From: Escherichia coli
GTDB taxonomy: Bacteria; Pseudomonadota; Gammaproteobacteria; Enterobacterales; Enterobacteriaceae
Strand: one strand, 5' to 3'
Assembly (NCBI RefSeq): GCF_013315695.1
Contig: NZ_CP054353.1
Length of the DNA: 64,000 nucleotides
Below the pieces are notes generated by a model. The model searched no databases and was not told the origin of the DNA. It saw nothing but the letters and a program-made list of their open reading frames with translations. This document shows, one piece after another, positions 8,944-18,007 of the stretch. The translations under genes and the position numbers were made by a program. Each line of letters begins with the position of its first letter. The stretch's first letter is position 1.

Positions 8944-9240
8944 TCACCAGTAACTAACCAGCAGCCAGAACAACAGGCATATTGCCACTGGTGCAGCAAA
9001 ATCCATCAGGCTTCCGGCATCCCACACGCGCGGATCAAAACCACCCCACCAGGGCATGTTAATTCGTTTCCCTTTCCCGAATTTTTCAATCCAGCGATAT
9101 TCTGCCTGGGTGTGTTCACGCGCAATGAAGAACGAGCAACCGGCTATCGCTCCGTAAACCCAGTTTCCCGTAAGAATGCCAGCCAGTACCTGCGCAGCCA
9201 CGGCACAAAGTGCATGAAGGACAGGCGTTATATCCATCAC
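8944..9240 (-). CDS. Small two-TM membrane protein of unknown function, last gene of the tail-fibre operon
   Basis: 98-aa ORF with hydrophobic N- and C-terminal segments; GGGAGG RBS 9 bp upstream; co-directional with and immediately downstream of H and orf92. Confidence 0.6.
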   Translation of the reverse strand: MMDITPVLHALCAVAAQVLAGILTGNWVYGAIAGCSFFIAREHTQAEYRWIEKFGKGKRINMPWWGGFDPRVWDAGSLMDFAAPVAICLLFWLLVSYW

Positions 9241-9249
9241 TCCCTCCCT

Positions 9250-9528
9250 TCAGCTCCATTCCCGAAGCGGTGCTTCCAGCTCCACCACATAATCAGAGAA
9301 CACAGAAACATCAAACGTATCATCAAGAATACGAATGTTGACAAAATAACCGTCATTCCGGATACAGACAGGTTCTCCCTCTTCATTTTCCCCTGTTTCT
9401 GTATAGGTGAAACCAATTTCATCGACTAACAGTTTGTTCTGGAGGTCTTCATTTTCCTCCCAGCCAAGAGATGACAGGAGGGCTTTAAACTGCTGTTTGT
9501 CATGAAACTTCAAAGTCAAATCTTTCAT
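9250..9528 (-). CDS. Acidic 92-aa protein translationally coupled to tail fibre H (candidate non-canonical fibre chaperone)
   Basis: ATGA start/stop overlap with H at 9525..9528; no resemblance to P2 gpG noticed; occupies the position G holds in P2. Confidence 0.55.
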   Translation of the reverse strand: MKDLTLKFHDKQQFKALLSSLGWEENEDLQNKLLVDEIGFTYTETGENEEGEPVCIRNDGYFVNIRILDDTFDVSVFSDYVVELEAPLREWS

Positions 9529-11306
9529 ATTGCCTCTCTTAATTGCCTGTCATTTAATTCTTTATGCCATATGCGGAAATTACGAATGTGACCAAACAGA
9601 TGTCGTTCTCCAGTACTCGTTCGCCCTCCAATACGGATAATTGCGGAGTTCTGAATATATGACCATGTGGTTTTTGTTTCGCCGGATAACCGTCCGTTAC
9701 TGACTGAGCATGTAGACTGATCTGACTTTACTCGCATCCCTATAACCATTTTTTCAAGTGATGCGTTTTCGTTTACCCGCATGTTAGCCCCGCCTATATC
9801 GCAATAAGGAAATCCGTCGTAATCCGTCGAACGACCGAATCCAAGAATAATTTCCTCTCCAGTTTGATGACCACTGGTATTAAGAACACGCGGTGCTGCA
9901 TTTGGCGTTTTATACCAGTTCTTATGTACCTCACAAAGAACAGTAAAAGGAGGATTATAAAGATTATTCTTAACCGGAACTGTCACAATATCACTTGCAC
10001 GTGTTGCTGGTGTTGCACCCGATATAATAAATGATGATGCGCAGGGGCCATTTTCAACCTGAGGGGTGGACAGGAAAACATAATCTCCTGATTCAACGAC
10101 ACCACCTTCTTTCGGAGTGTATTGTATTGCCGATGTTATGTAGGACTCATCAATTGCCTGAATCGTTGCCTCTGCAAAAATCCAGCCGGTAACCTCATCT
10201 TTGTTAACTCGGGCAGTGATCCTGTCGGCAGCTCCTCCTGTGATTTTAACTGATAAAGATCGCGTATTAACAATGGCATATCCAAGGTTAGATGATGTGT
10301 TGCCATCGTAAGATTCAAACCTGATCCTTAACATGAGTTCCAGATCAGTTTTAAATCTGCACGATGTCGTCACGCACTTATTATCGCCTGAAACATCGAC
10401 GGCTCCGGTTACTGCAACTGATGCCATGTTAACAGGCAGGGACTGCCCAATCAGAGAATCGTTACAGACGAACTTTCCATAGGTAAAACCAGAACTGTCC
10501 GTCCCGGTTTCGGGAACATCCATATTTACCGACTTGCCCCAGTTGACCGGGGTTTCCGAATTGAGCATGTAGTTTGTTCTTTGCCCTTCAATAAGCAGTC
10601 CATCGCGTTCAAATCGCGGCTCATTAATTTCAGCTATTTTCAGTTCACCGGATTTATTGATATAGGTTGCCGTTGATGCGCGACTGAAACTAACCTGTTT
10701 ATCACTGGCAACCTGAACCACATCGTCACCAATGGTGATTTTTTTATAGCCCGGTGCGAACCCCGTAAGCATATCCAGTGAATCGTTAAACGGTATCCAC
10801 ACATCAGGCAGCGGCGGTACAGACTCCTTTTCCTGCGCAACATATTCTTCAACATAGGCGCGGGTGGCGAGCACGACAGAGGGATCAACTTTCAGTTCGA
10901 CAGACGAAGCACTGGAAACCACAACAATCATGCGAATCGTCTGCGTGCGCCCGCTTCCCTCGGTGAGTACAGGCTTGTAGGTTTCGGGGCAGTTCGCCAC
11001 GGCAATCATCACGCCGTCGCTGTCAAAAAGCCCAATCTCGCGGATCCAGAACCCCCCTTTATCTTCCGGGATAATCATCTCGGCGATAAGCTGGCTGGCA
11101 TCAGACGCGCTGATGCTCAGTTGATTCAATGGGGCGCTGTATACCGTGTTCACCAGATTTTCCATGGAAGCCTCCGGTTCCGGCAGGCTGCCGCCGCCAT
11201 CCCCCAGTTTCATGGTGGTGATGGATATTTTCGAGCCGCTGGCCACCGCCTTTGCCAGACGGGCGGCACCCTTGTCAGTCAGAACAGAAAAATATTTTAC
11301 AGTCAT
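9525..11306 (-). CDS. H: Tail fibre protein H (conserved P2-like N-terminus, divergent C-terminal region)
   Basis: N-terminus ...ITTMKLGDGGGSLPEP...WIREIGLFDSDGVMIAVANCPETYKP...SGRTQTIRMIVVVSSASSVELKVDPSVVLATRAYV matches P2 gpH; the rest is unrelated, as expected for a receptor-binding part. Confidence 0.85.
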   Translation of the reverse strand: MTVKYFSVLTDKGAARLAKAVASGSKISITTMKLGDGGGSLPEPEASMENLVNTVYSAPLNQLSISASDASQLIAEMIIPEDKGGFWIREIGLFDSDGVMIAVANCPETYKPVLTEGSGRTQTIRMIVVVSSASSVELKVDPSVVLATRAYVEEYVAQEKESVPPLPDVWIPFNDSLDMLTGFAPGYKKITIGDDVVQVASDKQVSFSRASTATYINKSGELKIAEINEPRFERDGLLIEGQRTNYMLNSETPVNWGKSVNMDVPETGTDSSGFTYGKFVCNDSLIGQSLPVNMASVAVTGAVDVSGDNKCVTTSCRFKTDLELMLRIRFESYDGNTSSNLGYAIVNTRSLSVKITGGAADRITARVNKDEVTGWIFAEATIQAIDESYITSAIQYTPKEGGVVESGDYVFLSTPQVENGPCASSFIISGATPATRASDIVTVPVKNNLYNPPFTVLCEVHKNWYKTPNAAPRVLNTSGHQTGEEIILGFGRSTDYDGFPYCDIGGANMRVNENASLEKMVIGMRVKSDQSTCSVSNGRLSGETKTTWSYIQNSAIIRIGGRTSTGERHLFGHIRNFRIWHKELNDRQLREAI

Positions 11307-12079
11307 GAAAAAATCCTCAAAGAATCCTCCAGAAATACCACTGATGCTGTCAGGGTTCCGGTTGTGGCGGTCAGTTGCATCACCGCCTGTGGCTCCACGG
11401 TCACCGCATCATCGCCCGTAACCTGTAATCCCATGACAATCCCCGCATCGACAGATACCGACGGTGTCGGCGGGTAAATGGTGAGCATGTCGCCGTCAAA
11501 GAAAGCCGGAGATGCCCGGAACACCGAAACAGTCTCAACACCGGCAGAAGCGGCTGGCCAGATTGTTGTTTCACTGCCGTCGTGCATGCCGGAAAACACA
11601 CGTGCGACTCCCTGCGTATCCAGCATAATGTTCAGCGAGGCAAGGTGGCGGCTGACCGGACGGGCATCGTCGATCAGTCGTGTCAGCTCGGAGTACGTTT
11701 CCTCTGTGATACCCGCGTCCTGCACGCCAATATCAATGCGGAACGTGCCGCGCGGGTCGCCGTTCTGCCACCACTCCGTCACGTTAATGACATAGCCAAA
11801 GGGTTCAACCACACGCCTGATGGCGCTGATGGTTCCCTTATGGCGGTGGATTGCCCAGGCATCACGGATCACCTGGCGCTTTGTTTCTTCCGTCCAGTCA
11901 CGATCCCACCTGTCCACGGACAGCGCCCACGCCAGATAAGGCAGCAGGGCTGCCGGGCAGGTGTCAGGATCCCAGAGCTGGTTAAGGCTGACAGGTAATG
12001 CTGACAACCGGGCGGTTCCCCGCTCCACGCAGCGCATGAAATCGCTGGCTGAAGGGGGGAGAAGTGACGGTTCACTCAT
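11303..12079 (-). CDS. I: Baseplate protein I
   Basis: DTCPAALLPYLAWALSVDRWDRDWTE motif typical of P2 gpI; start placed at MSEPSLLPP. Confidence 0.8.
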   Translation of the reverse strand: MSEPSLLPPSASDFMRCVERGTARLSALPVSLNQLWDPDTCPAALLPYLAWALSVDRWDRDWTEETKRQVIRDAWAIHRHKGTISAIRRVVEPFGYVINVTEWWQNGDPRGTFRIDIGVQDAGITEETYSELTRLIDDARPVSRHLASLNIMLDTQGVARVFSGMHDGSETTIWPAASAGVETVSVFRASPAFFDGDMLTIYPPTPSVSVDAGIVMGLQVTGDDAVTVEPQAVMQLTATTGTLTASVVFLEDSLRIFS

Positions 12080-12968
12080 TGGTTCCCCCTGTGCTGACCG
12101 TGAACGATGTGCAGTACGCTGACTGCACATCACTGATAACAATATTCTGTGCGGGGCTGGTCAGTTCCACGCGCTGAACGCCCTGAACATGCAGTGCGGC
12201 CATGATGGCGGAGAGCGCGACATCGCGACCGATTTTGCCCTGTTCGGCAAGCCAGGTTTCCAGATTGTTTCTGGCGGCATTCAGGATGGGTTCCGACTCC
12301 GGCCCCGGATAAAAGTAAAGCCGGGCATCAATCTGATACCGTATGATTTCTGCGCTCTGCACCGTCAGACGGTCACCGACCGGGCGAACGTCTTCGGCAT
12401 TCAGCGCATTTCTGACCGTTGTCAGGAGTTCTTCGGTCGCCGTGCCGTCGCCTTCTGTGGACAACACTGTCACCACCACTTCCGCCGGTGCGGGGCTGGT
12501 TGCGCGCGCGTCCGCCACCTGACCGCTGGCACTGCGGGCAAAATATTCATACGCCCCGGTGGGACCGGCCACGCTGAGGCCATCAAATGCAGACTGCGCA
12601 CGCAGCCGCAGGGCGGAGTCGCTTTCCATGACGGCCTCCGTGGTGTCCATGGCCGGTGTGATGACCAGCCGCGCGGTGTTCATGTTGGCAGCGAGGTTGT
12701 CCAGGTCATCACCTGTGGAATGGCTCAGCATACAGGCCGCTGCGCCCTCATTAATGCGCTGGCGAAGCAGCAGTTCACGCAGCGCGAAAGCCTGGGCAAT
12801 GACCGTGAGCGGTTCGGACTCCAACGCCATGGCTGACCGGATGGCAGCCTGCTGTGTCTGTGGAAATGACGTAATGATGTCTTCTTTCACTTCCGCTAGG
12901 ATGACTTCAAAATCCGGCGTTTCAATAATCTGTGGTGTCGGCAGTTCCGACAGGTCAACGGCTGGCAT
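12072..12968 (-). CDS. J: Baseplate protein J
   Basis: 298-aa ORF at the P2 J position with matching size; overlaps W and I ends as in P2. Confidence 0.85.
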   Translation of the reverse strand: MPAVDLSELPTPQIIETPDFEVILAEVKEDIITSFPQTQQAAIRSAMALESEPLTVIAQAFALRELLLRQRINEGAAACMLSHSTGDDLDNLAANMNTARLVITPAMDTTEAVMESDSALRLRAQSAFDGLSVAGPTGAYEYFARSASGQVADARATSPAPAEVVVTVLSTEGDGTATEELLTTVRNALNAEDVRPVGDRLTVQSAEIIRYQIDARLYFYPGPESEPILNAARNNLETWLAEQGKIGRDVALSAIMAALHVQGVQRVELTSPAQNIVISDVQSAYCTSFTVSTGGTNE

Positions 12969-13320
12969 TGTCGCTCCTGAGTGTCAGTGTGTTCTGTACG
13001 GTTTCCAGGCTTTCTGTCAGTGTGCCGGTGAGGGTGATAACGGCTTTTCCGCCCGCCTCCCACTGAATGTCAACGGCATTCAGGGCGATGCGTGGCTCCC
13101 ACTGTGTCAGGGCAATCACCACGGCGCTCATGCACTGAAGGCGCGTGGTGGCATTCATCGGTGCATCCAGCAAATCCGGCAGCAGGCTGCCGTATTCCCG
13201 GCGCATCACCCGGCTGGCGAGCGGTGTTAACAGAATATCCCTCACGCTGTTCCACAGATGGTCCGTGTCGCTGAGCGTGCCGGTGGCCTCGGGGTTCATC
13301 CCCAGAAAACGGGCACTCAC
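12955..13320 (-). CDS. W: Baseplate protein W
   Basis: 121-aa ORF between V and J, size and position as P2 gpW. Confidence 0.8.
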   Translation of the reverse strand: MSARFLGMNPEATGTLSDTDHLWNSVRDILLTPLASRVMRREYGSLLPDLLDAPMNATTRLQCMSAVVIALTQWEPRIALNAVDIQWEAGGKAVITLTGTLTESLETVQNTLTLRSDNASR

Positions 13321-13898
13321 TGCGGGCCTCCTGTGCTGTCACCGCCGCTCTTCACGCCACTGTGTTTGTGCGTGTGCAGCGTCACACCGTTTGAGGTGAA
13401 ATCACCGCCGCTGTGCGAGATACTGCCACTCATGGTTCCGCCTTCTGTCACCTCAATCGTTGTCGTCTTCAGATGGTTTGTGCAGGTGACGGTGGGGGTA
13501 TCCAGCGTCACGCCTGTTCCGGCCTGAATGGTGGCAGTTTTGATTCCGCTGGCGCTCAGTGCGCCAGCGTCCGCATCGTAGCGGAACACCGCGCCGTCAG
13601 GCGCTGTAACCACGATTTCCGTCAGGCTGCTGCCGGGCGCCGGATGTTCGCTGCTCCAGAGACTGCCGATGACGGACGCGGTCGCGGGGTCGCCACCGAT
13701 GCAGGCAATCATGACCTGTTCGCCCACGGCAGGCGGCAGCCAGACGCTGAACGCGCCCGCGCGTGGTGTGTTCCAGCGCAGCCAGTCGGTTTCCAGCTCT
13801 CCGCTGCGCACGCGAACGCGCCACGTTGTTTCGTCCACGGCAAAAATCACGCCCGTGCGGATGATATTTGCAAGCAGTCGCATGATTTCCGCTGTCAT
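13317..13898 (-). CDS. V: Baseplate spike protein V
   Basis: 193-aa ORF at the P2 V position, Gly/Thr/Ser-rich C-terminus. Confidence 0.8.
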   Translation of the reverse strand: MTAEIMRLLANIIRTGVIFAVDETTWRVRVRSGELETDWLRWNTPRAGAFSVWLPPAVGEQVMIACIGGDPATASVIGSLWSSEHPAPGSSLTEIVVTAPDGAVFRYDADAGALSASGIKTATIQAGTGVTLDTPTVTCTNHLKTTTIEVTEGGTMSGSISHSGGDFTSNGVTLHTHKHSGVKSGGDSTGGPQ

Positions 13899-14533
13899 CG
13901 TGCTGCACTCCCCAGGGAACGGATAATCGCGTCACGCATCCGGCGTTCGTCGGCTGCGGTCACACCCAGCAGTTCACGCACCGGGTAGGTGGTCATCACG
14001 CCCGGTGTCACCTCGTCGCGTAACCCCGCCTGATGCACGCGGGCAATCCGCGCAGCCAGGCCATCAAAGCCCACCACAGCGCCTTCCGCATCTGAGCGCA
14101 TTTTTAACCAGCGATATGTGCGAAGACGCGCGAACATCGGCGTGCTTTTCTTGCTGGTCTGGCGGGCAGACATGGACGATACAGCGAGGTATCGTTCAAT
14201 ATCATCGCGGTAAAACGTCCTCAGTGCGCCGCCACGGTCAGGGTCGCGCCCGATGATGGCGCGGCCTTTCCGGTAACGTTTGTGCCCCCACTGGCGCAGC
14301 GTGCGGACCTCGCCGTTCCAGACAAACTTCACCTCCCGGCGGGTGTGCATTACCTGCTGTTTTCGCGCCGGATACGGCGAACCGTCTGCGTTCTTCTGCG
14401 TACGGATACGCGCCTGCTGGCTCTGGCGCAGCGCCTGCCCGACAGCCCTCGCCGTGCGTGCACGTCCGGCGGTGGAAAGTCCGTTCAGGATGTCGCGGAA
14501 AACCGCGTCCGGGTCATGCGTCGTCGTGTTCAT
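13895..14533 (-). CDS. S: Tail completion protein S
   Basis: Position between R and V; start uncertain (ORF is longer than P2 gpS). Confidence 0.7.
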   Translation of the reverse strand: MNTTTHDPDAVFRDILNGLSTAGRARTARAVGQALRQSQQARIRTQKNADGSPYPARKQQVMHTRREVKFVWNGEVRTLRQWGHKRYRKGRAIIGRDPDRGGALRTFYRDDIERYLAVSSMSARQTSKKSTPMFARLRTYRWLKMRSDAEGAVVGFDGLAARIARVHQAGLRDEVTPGVMTTYPVRELLGVTAADERRMRDAIIRSLGSAAR

Positions 14534-14996
14534 CCGTCAAATCCTTAAAGGTCACATCCTCAACAATCAGCTCTCCCCAGGCTCCTGTCAGTGCGGCAGG
14601 CGGGCGGGGTTCCGGCAGGTGCACCGGATACAGTTCCCCCTGTTCATTGCGACAGACTTTCACGCGCTCGCGCACGGGAATTTCCAGTAACAGGTCGGTG
14701 CTGTCGTCGTCATTGACGGCAACGGAAAACTTAACGTCCTTGTTTTTCTCCGGGTTGAGCAGCAAATCCGGCTGGTTGTGCATGAGCCAGACAATCAGCG
14801 GCAGCATCAGCTCGTCGATGTGTCCCGGAAAATCCATGACGAAGGCCACGAGCGTGTAACGGTAGACAAACGTCGGGGTTTCACCCGTGGTCTCAATACT
14901 TCCGCTTTCTGCAAACACGGTGAGTTTTTCCGGATTCGCGCGACACCACCGGGATGAGGCGGTGAGGGCTTCGCGCAGACGGTTCATTTTCAGCAT
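14514..14996 (-). CDS. R: Tail completion protein R
   Basis: 160-aa ORF at the P2 R position, size as P2 gpR. Confidence 0.7.
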   Translation of the reverse strand: MLKMNRLREALTASSRWCRANPEKLTVFAESGSIETTGETPTFVYRYTLVAFVMDFPGHIDELMLPLIVWLMHNQPDLLLNPEKNKDVKFSVAVNDDDSTDLLLEIPVRERVKVCRNEQGELYPVHLPEPRPPAALTGAWGELIVEDVTFKDLTDEHDDA

Positions 14997-15005
14997 GACT
15001 TCTCC

Positions 15006-15289
15006 TTACGGTCGCATCCGGCGTTGTTGTTCGGTTGCTTTAATGGCTGCCTTGTCAGCGTTGCAGCTCTCCAGTGCGTCCAGCAGCCGGTCACTCCAGA
15101 CGGCCAGTCCGCCCCACGTCAGCGGACGGGGCAGGGACGGCACCGGCGTTGGCTGTGTCAGACTTTCCGGCAGCGGTGCGTGCTGCGTCTGAGTGACCAC
15201 GACGGGGCGCGGCGCGCTGTTGCAGGCGGTCAGCAACAGCGGCAGGCACAGCAGCAGCCGCGCACGGATTTTCCCGGAGTGTGTTGCGT
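15006..15289 (-). CDS. lysC: o-spanin (LysC/Rz1-like outer-membrane lipoprotein), embedded out of frame in lysB
   Basis: GTG start with GGGAGA RBS; VKRYATHSGKIRARLLLCLPLLLTAC signal peptide with lipobox LTAC; Pro-rich mature part. Confidence 0.65.
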
Positions 15290-15537
15290 ATCTCTTCACG
15301 GCGTTTTTCTCCCTCCTGATTCCGGTGCTGCTCTGCGGCGCGGACCTGCGCCAGCAGGTCGCTGATGCCCCGGAGTTCCGCATGAAGTGCATCCACGGCG
15401 GCATTTGTTCCCGCCAGCGCCTGTTCGTGATATTCCCGGCGCGCCCGTTCATGCCCTGCCTGCCAGGCCAGACGCAGTGACACCAGATACAGCGCCCCCG
15501 AAAACAGGGCGACGACGGCGGCGGTGGTCAGCCTCAT
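15091..15537 (-). CDS. lysB: i-spanin (LysB/Rz-like)
   Basis: N-terminal TM segment MRLTTAAVVALFSGALYLVSL then charged coiled-coil-like region; overlaps the endolysin end and contains lysC. Confidence 0.7.
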   Translation of the reverse strand: MRLTTAAVVALFSGALYLVSLRLAWQAGHERARREYHEQALAGTNAAVDALHAELRGISDLLAQVRAAEQHRNQEGEKRREEIRNTLRENPCAAAAVPAAVADRLQQRAAPRRGHSDAARTAAGKSDTANAGAVPAPSADVGRTGRLE

Positions 15538-16076
15538 TTCTGTTTCTCCACATCCCGCAGACACCAGGCGCGAAAATCGCTGCGGCGGTTAACCAGTCCC
15601 TGACTGCGCTTCCCGCCTGCATTCACAAAATCAGTGAGGCGGGCACACATCCGCGCCCAGTTATGCGCCTGTGCCTGTTTCCAGATGGTGGTGCGCTGGC
15701 GCTTACCGTTGCGGTCCCTGAACCACATCAGACCGGAGCACCCCAGATTGAAGGCTGCATCCGTCATCGCCTCGAAGGCCGACTGCGGCATGGCTGCCCC
15801 CTGAAAATTCTGGTTAATACAGCTCTCCGCCCGCTGCATGTCATTCACCCAGCGACGGGCCACCTCCTGCTCGCTGTACAGGTGTTTCTGTACGTTCCCC
15901 GTGGAGCCGCAGCCCACGGTGGCAACACCCGCGATGTCCGTGTAGGGTGTGGCGCGGCAGTCTTCCCACGTGGCAATTTTTATCTGTGCCTCCTGTGAGG
16001 TGCGCAGTGCTTCAGGAGCCAGCGAGACACCCAGCGCCACAATCACGGCGGCGGCATATCGCTTAATGTTTTTCAT
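15534..16076 (-). CDS. K: Endolysin, lysozyme-like with N-terminal signal-anchor (SAR-type) segment
   Basis: MKNIKRYAAAVIVALGVSLAP hydrophobic N-terminus followed by ...ATPYTDIAGVATVGCGSTG... lysozyme-like motifs; start placed at the third in-frame ATG. Confidence 0.75.
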   Translation of the reverse strand: MKNIKRYAAAVIVALGVSLAPEALRTSQEAQIKIATWEDCRATPYTDIAGVATVGCGSTGNVQKHLYSEQEVARRWVNDMQRAESCINQNFQGAAMPQSAFEAMTDAAFNLGCSGLMWFRDRNGKRQRTTIWKQAQAHNWARMCARLTDFVNAGGKRSQGLVNRRSDFRAWCLRDVEKQK

Positions 16077-16356
16077 CGTTATCCCGTTGCAGTGCGGCAA
16101 GCGCCCGTTGTTCACTTTCATGAAGCCCGCGCGTTCCGGCCTGTGCCAGAATCTGTGCAATCAGCGCATTGCGGCGGACCTGCGCACGCTCCATGCGGCG
16201 ACGGTGAAGCCAGCCCTGAAAGAGTGAAAGCGCACCCAGCAGCAGCCCGGCCAGCGCGATTTTTTCGCTGATGGTCATCGCGCCAATCGTGACCGCAGAG
16301 ACGGAGGCGGCGAAGGCGATGTGGTCGTAAATACTGCGAAAAAAACCTAATCCCAT
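16063..16356 (-). CDS. Y: Holin candidate
   Basis: Two hydrophobic segments then charged C-terminus (HRRRMERAQVRRN), directly upstream of the endolysin. Confidence 0.6.
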   Translation of the reverse strand: MGLGFFRSIYDHIAFAASVSAVTIGAMTISEKIALAGLLLGALSLFQGWLHRRRMERAQVRRNALIAQILAQAGTRGLHESEQRALAALQRDNDEKH

Positions 16357-16553
16357 AACTGCACCGTCTCCCGTGTTTTTTTCTCTTCCTGCTCCGGTAA
16401 TTCCACTTCCTGTCCGGCCTCCAGAAAAATCTGTCCGCACAGCCCCGGATTGGCGGCCAGCACCTTTTCGGTCACGCCCTGCGTTGTGCCGTAGTGCCGG
16501 AAGCACAGCAGGTCAACGGTGTCGTCCTGTAATGCCTTCACCTTCATCAGCAC
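16347..16553 (-). CDS. X: Tail protein X
   Basis: 68-aa ORF at the P2 X position between L and the holin. Confidence 0.7.
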   Translation of the reverse strand: MLMKVKALQDDTVDLLCFRHYGTTQGVTEKVLAANPGLCGQIFLEAGQEVELPEQEEKKTRETVQLWD

Positions 16554-17041
16554 AGCCTCGCAAAGATGCGCGGTGCGCCCTGAATATCGGCAATGGCCCA
16601 GCGCACGTCGCGCCAGAGGTCACCGGTCTGGGCTTCCAGTGCGTCCGCTTTCCGGTCGCCCTGTTCGGTGGTGTCCACATCGCGCACGCGCTCCAGTATC
16701 AGGGCGCGGGTGGCGGCATACACCGCAAGACGGAAGCGGTGCACGTTGACGCTTTCGCCGTTCACGCGGGAAGCCGGAACGTCCGCCAGCGTGCGGTATC
16801 CGTCATTCATCTGCTGCGTCTGCCAGTTGCGCAGCTCACCGGTGACGTGTGCCACGGCTTCGGTTGCCGCGTGCATCAGGCGCGACGTGGTGGTGCGACC
16901 GGGCAGGCGCACGGCAAGACGCAGCGCGCGCAGTTCTGTCTCCGGCCAGAAGTCGTCCGTGGTGATGCGTGCATCACCGTCGTCCGTGTCCGCGACATCC
17001 TCCGTCGCGGCAGTGATACCGGGTTTTGCAATCATGCTCAT
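16547..17041 (-). CDS. L: Head completion protein L
   Basis: 164-aa ORF at the P2 L position. Confidence 0.8.
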   Translation of the reverse strand: MSMIAKPGITAATEDVADTDDGDARITTDDFWPETELRALRLAVRLPGRTTTSRLMHAATEAVAHVTGELRNWQTQQMNDGYRTLADVPASRVNGESVNVHRFRLAVYAATRALILERVRDVDTTEQGDRKADALEAQTGDLWRDVRWAIADIQGAPRIFARLC

Positions 17042-17160
17042 GACGAGCCTCCGTTAAAAAGTCAGGCGGTGGGCGAACGGTCAGAAGGTCGCGGAGTTAA
17101 AAAACCAGGTGACCGTTCGCGCCGCCTGTCGCCGGGGCGAAGTCGGTATGCGTGAGAGTC

Positions 17161-17958
17161 TCACGCGGATTTTTTGCTTTTCCGTGTGGCAGTGGCTTTT
17201 GTGGCGCTCTTTTTGCCTGCCTTTTTCGTCACGGTTTTCGCGGTACTTTTGCCTTCCGCGTTGTTCTCCGCACCGTCGGTACTGGTCAGCTTTTTCACTG
17301 CACGGGACAGCGTGGCAATCTCGCGCTTCACGCCCGCGTTCGGGTTCAGGTGCATCGCTTCGCGCAGCAGTTTCAATGATGAAGCCATACTGTCCGCATC
17401 GGTCAGACCACGGCGGGAAAAGGCGCACGCCTTGCAGAGTTTGGCGCGGACCTCGTCCGGCATGTCCCGACCGGCGATAATTTCCTGTAGCGTGTCCAGC
17501 GGGGCGATGTATCCGGACAAATCCGCGTCCTGGTCAGTGCCTGCCAGCGTCAGCACCGGGTTACAGATTTCCTCTGTCAGCAGCGTGGCGGCATCGCGCC
17601 CGAAGCTGTCCGGTGTGCTGAGGTTATGGCGTACCACGTACTCACCGATGCGCAGCGCCAGCGGCAAATCACCGCAGTCAACGGCCCAGACCATGAGGGT
17701 GACTATCACCTCATCCTGGCGTCCGCTGTCGCTCTCGAGCGTGCCGTCAATCCAGCCGGAAAAATCCGGCAGCAGCGTCTTTTTCAGTTCCGCTTTCGCT
17801 GCCTTTGACTGAATGCCTTTCAGTCGTGCCTGTGCCAGTCGCAGGCGATGCAGGATTTGTTCGTGAGCCGTGCGCACCGTCTGTGACTGACTGTCATCGG
17901 TCAGTCCGGCGCGTTGTGCCATCGTGCGCTGAAAATGCGCCTGTGCCGGTGTCAGCAT
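17161..17958 (-). CDS. M: Terminase small (endonuclease) subunit M
   Basis: 265-aa ORF at the P2 M position with Lys/Ala-rich C-terminal tail. Confidence 0.8.
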   Translation of the reverse strand: MLTPAQAHFQRTMAQRAGLTDDSQSQTVRTAHEQILHRLRLAQARLKGIQSKAAKAELKKTLLPDFSGWIDGTLESDSGRQDEVIVTLMVWAVDCGDLPLALRIGEYVVRHNLSTPDSFGRDAATLLTEEICNPVLTLAGTDQDADLSGYIAPLDTLQEIIAGRDMPDEVRAKLCKACAFSRRGLTDADSMASSLKLLREAMHLNPNAGVKREIATLSRAVKKLTSTDGAENNAEGKSTAKTVTKKAGKKSATKATATRKSKKSA

Positions 17959-18007
17959 TGTTCTCTCCTCTTACGGGCGGTCAGCGCCCGCCCGTGGTTC
18001 AGGTAAA

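Noticed and set aside
16373-17155. 260-aa ORF on the plus strand
   Set aside because: Antisense across X, L and the M 3' end; Arg/Pro/Ala-rich wrong-frame composition.
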